Below, piece by piece: positions 12,658 through 24,066 of a stretch of DNA of 64,000 nt (positions within the stretch are counted from its first letter, which is position 1; every line of letters begins with the position of its first letter). The position numbers were made by a program, and so were the translations under genes. The notes beneath the pieces were generated by a model. The model did not search any database. It worked only from the letters and a program-made list of their open reading frames with translations, and was not told where the DNA came from. This DNA comes from Octopus bimaculoides (lineage: Eukaryota). Where the stretch lies: positions 81,325,919 through 81,389,918 of the forward strand of contig NC_068985.1 of NCBI RefSeq assembly GCF_001194135.2. Direction: 5' to 3'.

Positions 12658-12766
12658 TATACATATACAATTTGTAGCACATAAGCAAGTCCCTTCTACA
12701 ATGGCTCCAATCTGTCTAAAGTCCTGTGAGTGAATTTAATTGACAGAAACTGTAAGAAGCCTATTC

Positions 12767-12767
<1 letters not shown>

Positions 12768-12854
<87 letters not shown>

Positions 12855-12880
12855 AATCTATCTGTCTGTCTGTCTGTCTG
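12768..12880. repeat. (CTAT)n/(CTGT)n tetranucleotide microsatellite
   Basis: Direct inspection. Confidence 0.95.
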
Positions 12881-12989
12881 TGTATAGTATATATGTATAT
12901 ATATATGTATATATAAGTGTGTGTGTGTATATTTTTGCTTATGTGTGTGTGTTTGAGCGTATATGTTTCTACCTCCTTCTGTTGATATT

Positions 12990-13230
12990 GTGTAGCAGTT
13001 GGGAATAAATATCAGTGTCATACAGGCACTGTCATTCATTTTCAATATTCTACAAATTTGTCTGACTATGGGAAAATATTAACTTGCTTGGAAACTGTTG
13101 AATGTTGGCAAAAGGAAAGGCATCCAGTCATAAAAAATGCATCTTACTAAACTCCATCCAAGCTATGCAAGCATGGAAACATGGAAAAGTGGATGTTACT
13201 AATAAAATGATGGTGATGATGGAGATGATG
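12990..13230 (+). mobile_element. Short element family C2 (variant RTE-type tail)
   Basis: GGAAAGGCATCCAG...GCATGGAAAAGTGGATGTTA then (GAT)n; similar copy in reverse at about 41200-41420. Confidence 0.55.
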
Positions 13231-13346
13231 ATGGTAATGTATATACACATACAGTTATGTTTATCTCTCACTGTGTATATGTGTGCACATATATATAGTA
13301 TAATATTATTCATATATAAAATATGTATATATAATATAACCTAATC

Positions 13347-13377
<31 letters not shown>

Positions 13378-13379
13378 CA

Positions 13380-13612
13380 TTATTTACATTTGACGGATAT
13401 TTGTCCTCATCTTGTTTGTTGTTAACACATTTCAGCTGATATACCCCCTCCCCAGCCTTCATCAGGTGTCTTGGGGAAATTTCGAACCTGGGTTCTCATT
13501 CCTAAGGTATTTTTCGATGTTGATATTATTATTATTATTATTATTATTAACTCGAAATCTTGGGGTTAGTAGCCCGCGCTCTTAACCACTACGCCACATG
13601 CCCGTGGGTATA
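13380..13612 (-). mobile_element. tRNA-headed SINE-like element containing a hammerhead motif
   Basis: - strand: GGGCATGTGGCGTAGTGGTTAAGAGCGCGGGCTACTAACCCCAAGATTTCGAGTT (A box and anticodon arm), (AAT)n, a second GGTTCGAAA box, then the hammerhead, ending in (TA)n. Confidence 0.65.
13425..13469 (-). ncRNA. Minimal type I hammerhead ribozyme motif, decayed
   Basis: - strand ACAC CTGATGA A GGCTG (14-nt loop) CAGCT GAAA T GTGT: stem I ACAC/GTGT, 5-bp stem II, both core strands intact; stem III and cleavage triplet appear deleted. Confidence 0.55.
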
Positions 13613-14412
13613 TNNNNNNNNNNNNNNNNNNNNNNNNNNNNNNNNNNNNNNNNNNNNNNNNNNNNNNNNNNNNNNNNNNNNNNNNNNNNNNNNNNNNNNN
13701 NNNNNNNNNNNNNNNNNNNNNNNNNNNNNNNNTATATATATATATATATATTAGTAATAATTATAAAGAGTGTAGAAACATTCATTTTCAGAATTTATTT
13801 TCACTTACACTATTTTATACAGCATATTATGACCTACATGTGTTTCCACTGGCAGTTGTAGATGCAATCTATCACTATTATTGGGGAAAATTCTTCAGGG
13901 TCTATCCATTTGGCCAGTCTCAAAGCAAATTGGGTGGTATTAGTATTTTGTTTGTTTGTGGTCAGAGGGAGACAGAGGAGGTGCATATATATGCATGTAC
14001 ATGTGTGTGAATGTATAAGCTTCCGTATAGATTTTATCTATAAAACTCAGGCAGCTTCCGACATATACGCAAACCATTATGCCATATGCTACCACAGTCA
14101 GAAGGTATATTTTGATTGTATAAGCAGTCTTTTTGTGTGTGTGTTATACTAAAGTCATGGCTAAAGACTGAACACTTGACTAACTTACCTATTCTCCATG
14201 TTATAACAGGGATGAGTTAGATTGCATTATCAAAAGCCAATGATAATGAATAAGTTTCAAGTTTATTTCCTAAGACAAAAGATTCTTTTCTCTATGATAT
14301 CAAACCTCCAAAAATGTGTTGTTGTCGATGCATAACTCCTGGTTAGTCTTTGTGGAATAGACCTCTGTTCATGAACATCTAGTGATTTTTTGTTCTTTTT
14401 TTTTTTTGTATA

Positions 14413-14685
14413 GGCACAGGCGTGGCTGTGTGGTAAGAAGCTTGCTTCCCAACCACATGGTTCAGAGTTCAGTCCCACTGCATGTCACCTTAGGCAAATG
14501 TCTTCCATTATAGCCTCAGGCCAACAAAAGCCCTGTGAGTGAATTTGGTAGATGGAAACTGAAATAATCCCATCATATGTATATATATAATAATAAGTAC
14601 TGGGTTCAATACATCTGACTAAAATTTTAAGCAGCACCTCAGCATGGCTACAGTCAAATGACTGAAACAAGTACAAGATAAAGGA
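14413..14685 (+). mobile_element. SINE family A, internally deleted
   Basis: Head GGCACAGGCGTGGCTGTGTGGTAAGAAGCTTGCTTCCCAACC and 3' end GAAACAAGTA. Confidence 0.8.
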
Positions 14686-14989
14686 TAGTGCAACTGATAT
14701 TTCAATCTGAATGGAATTCAAAATATCATTTTTTGTTAAGATGGCAGTGTATGAATTTATAGAAATTTGACAATTATTTGTAGCAGTTTCATTGATCATG
14801 TTTTTTTTTGCCTCAGGACAGCCCTGAAATAACTGTGAGCATTCCATCTATTACCCTGTAATTCCTATTAGCCGGCAACCTGGGACATCATTATGAAATG
14901 TCTTCTCTTCTAAGACAGTGAGGTGAGATTTGAGGGAGATTGGCATTTTCCAGCTGGTTGAGCCGCTACATAAAAGTTCCCTCAGATGA

Positions 14990-15165
14990 TGGTGATGATG
15001 GTTTTGGCAGTGGTGGTGGTAGTGACAATGACAGTGGCAGTGTGGTAGTGGTGGTATTAGATGAAGATGAGGATGATGATGATGATGATGACAATGATGA
15101 TGATGATGATGATGAGGATGATGATGATGCGGATGATGATGATGAGGATGATGATGATGATGGTG
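14990..15165. repeat. (GAT)n/(GGT)n trinucleotide low-complexity tract
   Basis: Produces the poly-D, poly-H and poly-S ORFs; no splice support. Confidence 0.9.
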
Positions 15166-15407
15166 ACAGCATTGAAATATATCAGTCAAAAATAGCAAAA
15201 CTGAGGTCAACTGCTACATTTGAGATTTTAGATTTTAGGCAAATTTAAATGAAATGTTCTAATTAATGTAATATACAGTAACAAGCAGAAATACAGAACT
15301 TTTGACAGATGTCCTCACTACAAAAGTAGACATTTCAAAATCAATAGGGAAATTTATTCAGATGCTTTGTGTGCTTCTTAGAAGTCTAACAGTGAAAGAA
15401 TATTTAC

Positions 15408-15449
15408 TCATCTTGTTTCCTTCTTCAGTTTTCGTTTTCTTTGGAATGT
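15408..15449 (-). CDS. Gene 2 candidate exon
   Basis: ctactttaaag acceptor, gtaaat donor, phase 1 to 1, IPKKTKTEEGNKM. Confidence 0.45.
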   Translation of the reverse strand, partial: TFQRKRKLKKETR

Positions 15450-15933
15450 CTTTAAAGTAGAAATGAAATGATCAATAAAGCAAATGGGGAAATTTATGAA
15501 AATTAATATATTAATTTTACTAATTATTTACTGAATTCTTCAACAACCAAGATGTGGAGATGTGTCATACTACCAGATAGAAACTGCTGACTATTTGATA
15601 TAAATTATCTTTTAATTTAATTTCCAGAAATCACCATTCTGTCATTTCGAGTATCTTAAAATGAAGTTTAAGTAGTGAAATATTAGAAAGGTTGAGTGAG
15701 TAAGATATCAGGAAATGTGTTGTTTTTTAGCCTCTAGGGGGTTTAAATCAATAAAATAAGTAGATAAGCCTTAGAAAAAATTTAAAATACTGCTTATAAT
15801 TATTAAATAAATAAATAATGCAATAATTAAAAGTGATCAATCTCACCACCCATGCCCTAATACGCAATATCTCATGCGTTTTCCTTATTTTCATTTTTTT
15901 TTAATGTCAGATAGCTGCAAAGAAATGCTTTAC

Positions 15934-16033
15934 ATTCATAAGTAACATATGGAAATTCAATATGTAGTAAGGGAGAATTTATTAAGGTCATGCCTAGTAT
16001 CGGAATTGTTTTTGGTATAAAAGCAAATAAAAC
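15934..16033 (-). CDS. Gene 2 candidate exon
   Basis: tttccttcag acceptor, gtaaag donor, phase 0 to 1, VLFAFIPKTIPILGMTLINSPLLHIEFPYVTYE. Confidence 0.5.
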
Positions 16034-16229
16034 CTGAAGGAAACTGCGTGATAATCAATTTACAGCAAAATCTTGCTCTGAGTTTTTTTTCTTTCTTTAA
16101 AAGCAAATGTTCGCTTGTAATTTTTTTTATTCTCCTTTCAATTATGCATTTGCTTTAGTAAATTTAAATAAGTTTGGATCAAATCTATAGACTCCCAAAT
16201 TGTATAATTCTTTATCCCATATTACTTAC

Positions 16230-16272
16230 TAATGCTGCTTTAGATCTGTCAGCTGCTAAAAGCTTTGAAGAT
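16230..16272 (-). CDS. Gene 2 candidate exon
   Basis: Perfect GTAAGT donor, SSKLLAADRSKAAL, phase 2 to 0; acceptor choice is ambiguous. Confidence 0.3.
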
Positions 16273-17044
16273 CTGGATTAGCTGCAATCTTGATCAGCTG
16301 AAATCTCTTTATATATTCTAACCTTAAACTACTTAAATGCTCACAATGGAATGTGGATTAGAGAGAGATTCTGCAACAAATCTTCCATTGATATGCTGTC
16401 TCTGTGATGCATATCAAACACTTATATAAGCAGCCCAGGCATGTGTGTATGTATGAAAACATGCAAGCATATGCATTTATCTTATGAGTCTATGATGCTT
16501 ATTTATGGAGACTTTTATGTGAGTGGCTATCATTGACAATATCAAAACTTATCTCTTATCAATGTTTATGTCAGTTAAGTTATAGCGACTTAATATAAGA
16601 AAGCTTATATCGTATTTTCCAGTAAGTTGGATAAGGTAAACTAACAAATATATTTTTTTGATTTATGATTTACATCAATATACTAATTTATCAAATGGAA
16701 AGGTAAATGCCATTGTTTAGCTATGATTCACGTTTTGTTGTGGAATTTTTCTTTCGTCTATTCCTTTTCAAGGGAGTGTTCAGTGTGAATAATTGAACCT
16801 TACATCCTCGTAATCGTAACACAATATCTAAATAAACCTATAGATTTTTATATTTCTAACTATAGAATTAAAAGAGATAAATATCCTTGATATCAAATAA
16901 ATGTCTTTGAATTCTATACATTTTGTCAATAAAAATCATTCATATTATATTTTATCTATAGTTGGCAAGATAAATTTTATTGCAACCTTAAACAGTTAAA
17001 TATGGTTGTCTGTATAAAGGTGATTAGTTTTATTCAAAAAGAAT

Positions 17045-17050
17045 CATATA

Positions 17051-17124
<74 letters not shown>

Positions 17125-17273
17125 TGTGTATGTGTGTATGTGTGTGTGTATATGTGTTTTTATATATATGTATATGTATACACATATATGTATGTATATA
17201 TGTATATATATGTGTGTGTGTGTGTGTGTTGCATATATATCTTTATATCTGTAAACATTTATGTATATATACA

Positions 17274-17329
<56 letters not shown>

Positions 17330-17365
17330 ACCTCTGTGTGTGTGTATATATATTTATAGATATAT
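17045..17365. repeat. Compound (TA)n/(TG)n/(CT)n microsatellite
   Basis: Direct inspection; similar compound tracts at 1756-2750, 10720-11075 and 18150-18365. Confidence 0.95.
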
Positions 17366-18150
17366 ATTTAAAGTATTATATATTTTATAAATAATAAACA
17401 GTTGGAAGACAGAAATGAATGGATTGAAGTGAAAGTTTCATGTTAACAAAGACTTTATAGAGATTGAAAACTGTTAAATGGCTGTGAGGACAATAAAAAT
17501 GTTGTCTACAAGCTGTGCTTGCATTTATCCTCAGTTCTGACAGATAATGTTCAGTACATATAGACACTTTCTATAATGATTAATGCTTTAACTGAACTCT
17601 ACATTTTAATATGTGATTTCTCAGAAAATTTGAAAAGAAAGAAACTGACATAGGGAAGAAATATAGAAGAAGTATAAAAAGAAAAAAAACTACGAAGCGG
17701 AAAAAAGATATAGAATAAAGTTAAAGCCAAGAAGTGAACTGCAAAGAGACACATATATAGAAATCGATAATTCAAAGGTGTCTACAGGAAAACAAAAATC
17801 AAAACAAAACAAACCAAAAAATAATAAGAACAAACCGAGCTGTATAAAGGAGGGAGAAAATTAGATGATACATACTTGAAAATGAAAAGGGAAAAGCACT
17901 TAATTAATCAACACATGTACACAAATGGTTTCAACAGCAACAACAATAAGATAGATATATAGAATTATTTGTGTCCTGTTTTCTAAGCTTTCTCTATGAT
18001 TTGCTTATTTACACATACTTGTTTTAACTCTTTTTAACATTATTGACACAAAAAAAAAAGATATTTCTTCTTAAAATGGATCTGAAAATACTTTAATTTG
18101 AGGTTTTTTCCCTATATGTTCATATACATGCATGCATAATTGAAACTCAT

Positions 18151-18212
<62 letters not shown>

Positions 18213-19099
18213 TACATGTATGTGTGTGTGTGTGTGTAGATGTATCTATATATGTCTATGTATGTATGTATGTATGTATGTGTGTGTATATATATGTATG
18301 TATGTATATGTGTGTGTGATAATTTATTTTATCTATCTGATATATGTATGTATGTATGTATGTATATAATTTTAAAAAAATTTTAATCAGAAATATATGA
18401 AACAGTCATTCATAAATATACATACGTATGTGCTTCACAATTCAAAAGAACAGATATTCTTGATGAAAATGTATTTCTATAATAGATGAAATTATGGGTT
18501 ATTTTCATTAAAATTTCATATTAGATTTTGACTGAATTTTTTTTTTTCCCCTCATGAACTTGGAAAAGAACCGATGGTCTTACACATGCATGCATCTATG
18601 AACAAATACAAATGCACACATGTATGCTCGCACCACCTCACACATACATCCTCTTTCTCACACACACATGTCCTCACACACCATGTACCACACACCTACA
18701 CGCACACATTCATGGTCATGTAAAATTACAGTATGAATAATTTTTCGCACTAATTGCTGTGCTGTATATTAATCAATGAAAAGTTCACTTATTAGTTGAG
18801 TTATTTTCCTTCTGTATACAAAATAAGTTTTTTTATTCAATACTATTTGATTTATGTCCTGTCATTCATTCTCAGTCTTTCAGTAGTTCATTTCTGTTTT
18901 GATTTTTTTTTTTGGTTTTTCACAGCTCGCTCTTTCACTTTCCTTCTTCAGATTCATTCAAGCTTTTGACTACTTGACAGCGAATATTTAATTAGTTATC
19001 ATATAACTTACTACGAATATTTAAAAACTTATTTCACATTTAATTGAAATATACCTGCTGGCAGCCATGATAAACAAAAGCTTGCATCAGGTCACATGA

Positions 19100-19149
19100 A
19101 TGCTGGACATAGAAGGTAGACCAAGCAGTAAGGAAATTGAAATATTTCA
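19100..19149 (+). CDS. Gene 3 candidate first coding segment
   Basis: ATG with in-frame TGA just upstream, MLDIEGRPSSKEIEIF, donor CA-gtaaag; strong acceptor at 18925 could start the exon. Confidence 0.25.
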
Positions 19150-19210
19150 GTAAAGATTATGGATAACAATAATAATAATAATAATGATAATAATAATAAT
19201 AATAATAATA

Positions 19211-19388
19211 CTCTTTTACTTGTTTCAGTCATTTGACTGCGGCCATGCTGGAGCACTGCCTTTAGTCGAGCAAATCGACCCTGGGACTTATTCTTTGTAA
19301 GCCTAGTACTTATTTTATCGGTCTCTTTTTGCCAAACTGCTAAGTGACAGGGACATAAACACACCAGCATCGGTTGTCAAGCAATGCT
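19211..19388 (-). mobile_element. SINE family A, 3' half only
   Basis: CTTTTACTTGTTTCAGTCATTTGACTGCGGCCATGCTGGAGC...GGTTGTCAAGC between (AAT)n tracts. Confidence 0.85.
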
Positions 19389-19406
19389 AATAATAATAAT
19401 AATAAT

Positions 19407-19655
19407 CCTTTCTACTATAGGCACAAGGCTTGAAATTTTGAGGGAGGGGACTAGTCAATTACATCGACCCAACAGGATGAAAGGATGAAAGGCAAAGTCA
19501 ACCTTGGCAGAATTTGAACTTGGAACATAAAGACAGAAGAAACGCCACTAAGCATTGTGTCTGGTATGCTAACGATTCTGCCAACTCATCAATAATAATA
19601 ATAATAATCCTTTCTACTATAGGCATAAAGCCTGAAATTTTGTGGGTGGGAGCCA
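19407..19655 (-). mobile_element. SINE family B copy plus the 3' tail of a second copy
   Basis: ATCCTTTCTACTATAGGCA tail occurs twice (about 19405 and 19607), each after (AAT)n. Confidence 0.8.
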
Positions 19656-20652
19656 GAAATCCATTGCTCTTTTTAAGATCCTATATCTACATTTCCTCAT
19701 CAGATCCAGAGTTTTCATTATGTTTTCTTGTAGTCTTCTGTTTCAATTTGGTCATTATTTAAAGTGTAGAGTTTGTTGTTTAGTTATTACAATATTAAGG
19801 GGGCATCTTAGAAAATAAATTGATTTGTTTTTTAACAAACCTGGTTGTTTTTGTTTTTTTTTTCTTATAGTGGAATAGTTTATTTCTTTACTTTTGCAAG
19901 TCACTTGGGAGTTTGCAATCACTTCATATGTAATTGCTGTTTTTGATCACATTTATTACTTCAATATTTCCAGTGATGCTTGGTTGACATCTTACCTCTT
20001 TAGTTTTTGATTATGAGTTCTACTGTGTATGGTGCAATTTTTGGAACTTTTAGTTTCATTGTTATTACGTAATCTAAGATGTTGAAGACTTTCAGTGGTG
20101 CATTTGCTAATACAAGTGACCTTGTTGCTAAGGAATCATTGTTTCAATGAGCAGAGTTCAAATTCTGTTTCTGAACTCAATTGTTCATTAACAACCAAAC
20201 ATTGTTTCTAATACTTGTAGTATATGTTTTGATTTTGCTATAATGTTTAGTTTTTCCATACAGATAAGTCTAAAAGACTGAAAAATGAACCGTGTGAATT
20301 TGTTAAGAATTGTGTATTTAACTACCATAAAATAATGTAGGAATTCCTTTATTCATAACATCCTGTTTAGTAGATTGTTTTCACTTCAAGAATTACTGAT
20401 CAAGTGAATAGCGAATGGTCTTATATTTGGTGGATAAGAAGACAAATTCAAAGCCAAGCTAGTTTTTTTCTTTCTTTTTTTTTTGTTTTTGTTTTAGTGC
20501 TACCAATTTCAGTTTTTAAAATATTTAAACATATATTGCAAATTGACAATATTTTCAGTTGTAAAATTAAGAAGTAAGGATTGTATGTGTCTTAGAAATT
20601 GTTTTTATTGAGATTTTAAATTTGTTTTCTTTCTTTTCCTTTTCTTGAACAG

Positions 20653-20681
20653 TAATATTATGAACCAAAATATTTTGAAGG
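20653..20681 (+). CDS. Gene 3 candidate exon
   Basis: Very strong pyrimidine tract ending gaacag; NIMNQNILK; phase 2 to 1; donor gtatca. Confidence 0.3.
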
Positions 20682-20940
20682 GTATCATTTTGTACCTATT
20701 GCTCACAGAATCAATTGATGTGTTTAAAAATCACTGCATATTGATAGGAAAGATAAGAAATTTGTTTGTACTGCTAAAACCAATATTATCATAAATTAAT
20801 AGTAAACCTTAAGTGTTGTTGATAGTCACTTAGTACCATATAGTCAGAGCAGCAAAGTGTTTGAAAAGTGACATGGTATATATTAGGGTAACATATAAAT
20901 GAACATTTTTGCTAAAATTAGTATAGGACCTTATACATAT

Positions 20941-21345
20941 AGACACGTCTGTATGGTAAGAAGCTTGCTTCCCAACCACATGATTCCGGTTTCAGTTCCA
21001 CTGAGTGGCACCTTTGGCAAGTGTCTTTTACTATAGCCTCAGGCCAACCAATGCCTTGTTAGTGGATCTGGTAGATGGAAACTGAAAGAAGCCTGTTGGA
21101 TATTATGCATGTATATCTGTGTGTGTGTCTTTCTGTCTGTTTGTCCTCACCACCATCGCTTGTTAACTGGTGTTGGTGTGTTTACATCCCTAACTTAGCA
21201 GTTCAGTTAAAGAGACTGGTAGAATAAGTATCAGGCTTACAAAAAAAAAAAAAATACTGGATCAATTCATTTGATTAAAAATTCTTCAAAGCGATGTCTC
21301 AGCATGGTTACAGTCTTGTAACTGAAACAAGTAAAAGATAAAGAA
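20941..21345 (+). mobile_element. SINE family A, full length
   Basis: Head, internal (TG)n and GAAACAAGTAAAAGA end. Confidence 0.85.
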
Positions 21346-21904
21346 AAGATATAAAAAGACTTCCAAGATCATTTTGACCATGTACTCGTGCTAGAAGAGA
21401 AATTTTGATGTCTTAGTTACTTGATATTGTTCAAGAGTAGTATATTTGTTTCTGATTTTGACACAAAGCCAGCAGTTTTAAGGGAAGCAGATCAGATTAC
21501 ATGAACCCTAGTACCTGACTGCTACCATATTTTATTGAAATCAGAGGGATGAACATGGAAGCTGACTTTGGTAAAATTTGAATTCAGATTGTAGAGTGAT
21601 AGAACAGATATAAGTAATTGTTACATTTTGGAATGGTCATTTTTTTGCCAAATAAACACATGCACTATATTTTTGTTCTTCACTCGTTTATTACTATTCT
21701 TATTTTATCTTATGTCCATTGTCCAGAATGGATTAAGTGGAGCAGGAGGACACATGTGGACAGAAAGGGTCACTGAAGAGGTCACAGATGTGTGATGAAA
21801 GATTTCCGGACAATGGACATAGGATAAAATAAGATCAGTAATAAATGAGTGAAGAAAAACTATATAGCGCATGTGTTTATTTGATAAAAAACAAAACAAA
21901 AATG

Positions 21905-22290
21905 ACCATGGCTGTGTGATAAGTAGCTTGCTTACCAACCAATGGTTTGGTTCCTGGTTCAGTCTCACTGTGTGGAACCTTGAGCAAGTGTTTTCTACTA
22001 TAGCCTCAGGCCAACCAAAGCCTTGTGAGTAGATTTGGCAGATGAAAACTGAAAGAAGCCCATCGTATATATATATATATGTTTGTGTGTCTGTGTTTGT
22101 CCCGCCACCATTGCTTGATAACTGATGTTGGTGTGTTTACGTCCCTGTAACTTAGCAGTTCAGCTAAAGGTACTGATAGAATAAGTATCACGCTTACAAA
22201 GAATAGATCCTAGAGTTGATTTGTTCAACTAAAGATGGTGCTCCAGCATGGCTGCAGTCAAATGACTGAAACAAATAAAAGAATAAAAGA
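21905..22290 (+). mobile_element. SINE family A, full length
   Basis: Head, internal (TA)n and GAAACAAATAAAAGAATAAAAGA end. Confidence 0.85.
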
Positions 22291-22964
22291 ATCCTGAAAT
22301 ATAACAATATTTGTTTCAACACATGGTTTCACATCAGGAATCTTGCAAAACAATTTCATAAACATAAAGATATAGGTGAATGATCAGGTATTTTTGAAAT
22401 GAAATATATTCTACAGTAGCAATATATAAGCAGTAGAGTAAAAATTTAGTATATTATTATGTATTTAAATTTGAAGAATAGCTTAAAGCTTAAGTTTATT
22501 AAAAAAGATGTAGCTTGGTAGAGGTTTTACTTTGATGTATAAAACTTATATGAGTGTGTGTAAGCACAGGTGATTGGGGTAAAAATTTATTGTAAATAGA
22601 TAACAATAAAGATAACTGAAGGAAAGTTTGCCATAAAATAAGCTGGAATTGATCATGTAATGATAGTCTTAATAGAGTTAATGTATTGTAGAATGTTCTG
22701 ATTCAGTTCTGTAAACCAAATGAAATATTAGGAAAAAGAGAGATACATAAAAGAATTTATGAATAAAATGGATGTATTAAGTGTGAAATTGAGAATTTGA
22801 AATGAGGGAGGAATTGGTAATCAGGTGTTAAGTATTGTTTCTCGAGGAAAAATTCAAGTGGCATTGACATGACACAAGGCAGAATAATAAGTGAGTGAAA
22901 GGGTTTGCTGAACAAAAACTATAAGTATTTCTTTGTGAGATAGTTCAATTAGATTTTATATTAG

Positions 22965-22983
22965 TAGAAAAATTGAACAAAAG
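22965..22983 (+). CDS. Gene 3 candidate 19-nt exon
   Basis: ttttatattag / AG-gtggga; phase 1 to 2 (EKLNK). Confidence 0.25.
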
Positions 22984-23165
22984 GTGGGAACTACAGAAGC
23001 CAGTCCATTCTCTATATTTATCTGGCATTGTAATTTGCATTTATTCAGCTGTCAGTTAACAACTTCTTTTAAGAATTTCTATATATGTGCAAAGATTATG
23101 TTCCAAGTGTTGTTGCTGTGGTTAGACAACTGCTACTGAAGAGTGCTTTACTCCTTTCTTGAAAG

Positions 23166-23299
23166 ATACAAATTGAAAATAAGCAAAACAAATGAACTAA
23201 AAATAGTGACAAATACATTTGATTTCCCAGTGATTAGATGCAAAGTGATTTCTTGCCATCAGAAAAGTGAACGGTGTTATGATGCAAGAAATACCATAT
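23166..23299 (+). CDS. Gene 3 candidate exon
   Basis: ctcctttcttgaaag acceptor, gtatgt donor, phase 2 to 1, YKLKISKTNELKIVTNTFDFPVIRCKVISCHQKSERCYDARNTI. Confidence 0.5.
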
Positions 23300-23452
23300 G
23301 TATGTGTGAGCACATGTATGAATATGTGTTTACATTTGTATGTGTATATGTGTGCTGTCGGTAGTGGAAATGAAGAATAGTTTTATTAATGGCATATTGT
23401 GGTTGGCTGTTATTTTGTGATCTTTTAGTAGAGAAAAAGAATACTGTCAACC

Positions 23453-23454
<2 letters not shown>

Positions 23455-23532
<78 letters not shown>
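23455..23532. repeat. (TG)n microsatellite
   Basis: Perfect run of about 78 bp. Confidence 0.95.
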
Positions 23533-23535
<3 letters not shown>

Positions 23536-23662
23536 ATAGAAAATAGAGTGATTTTGAAAGTGACAAATCTTGTTAATTTGTTCTTTTGAATTAAGTATGC
23601 ATTTATTTAAATAATTACTTTTTTTTTTCTTTGGGTAGTGATTTATTCTAACAGTTTTACAG

Positions 23663-23831
23663 ATAATATGAGCAAGATAAAATTCCTTTCTATTTTAGCT
23701 GTTATATTCATTGGTTATTTCATTTATAATACTGCTTGGCTTGCAATTAATTTCTTATTTGTTATCTCTCAAAAAAGTGCCCACTGGAAGGATTTATCAG
23801 CAACTCACCAAGAAAATGATCAAGTCAAGAT
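23663..23831 (+). CDS. Gene 3 candidate exon with a transmembrane segment
   Basis: ctaacagttttacag acceptor, phase 1 to 2, NMSKIKFLSILAVIFIGYFIYNTAWLAINFLFVISQKSAHWKDLSATHQENDQVK, donor gtaacc. Confidence 0.55.
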
Positions 23832-24044
23832 GTAACCTTTGTACATCTAAATATACAAAGTTTACTTTTGGGGGAAGCATTACCAAAAGAGGAAATATAA
23901 TTCTTGTAAAGCTGTGATGAATAGTTTGAGTGAGGATCTTATTAAATAAAAGTAAAATGATTGTCTGCATCAATATGATAAGGACCTAGTGGTTAAAAGA
24001 TTGATGGTTTCTGTCCAGTAACCAGTAATGTATTGTGTTCATAG

Positions 24045-24066
24045 TCAAGAAAACTTCTCTATCTAG
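24045..24066 (+). CDS. Gene 3 candidate terminal exon
   Basis: tgtgttcatag acceptor, phase 2, QENFSI-TAG, AATAAA at 24082-24087. Confidence 0.45.

Noticed and set aside
13555-13612. tRNA gene
   Set aside because: Only the 5' half of a cloverleaf is present, running into (AAT)n; it is a SINE head. The same applies to the other tRNA-like heads.
14851-15248. Poly-His, poly-Asp and poly-Ser ORFs
   Set aside because: A (GAT)n tract open in several frames on both strands, following a repeat fragment; no splice support.
4059-16320. A + strand chain 4059-4109 (IKAGQTNFLVGEHHKPE), 5696, 8118 and 16243
   Set aside because: Phases can be matched, but the first acceptor is GAG, several frames are equally plausible and the last segment overlaps a gene 2 exon. 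It mostly shows how easily chance chains form. The GTAAGT donor at 4110 may still be real.
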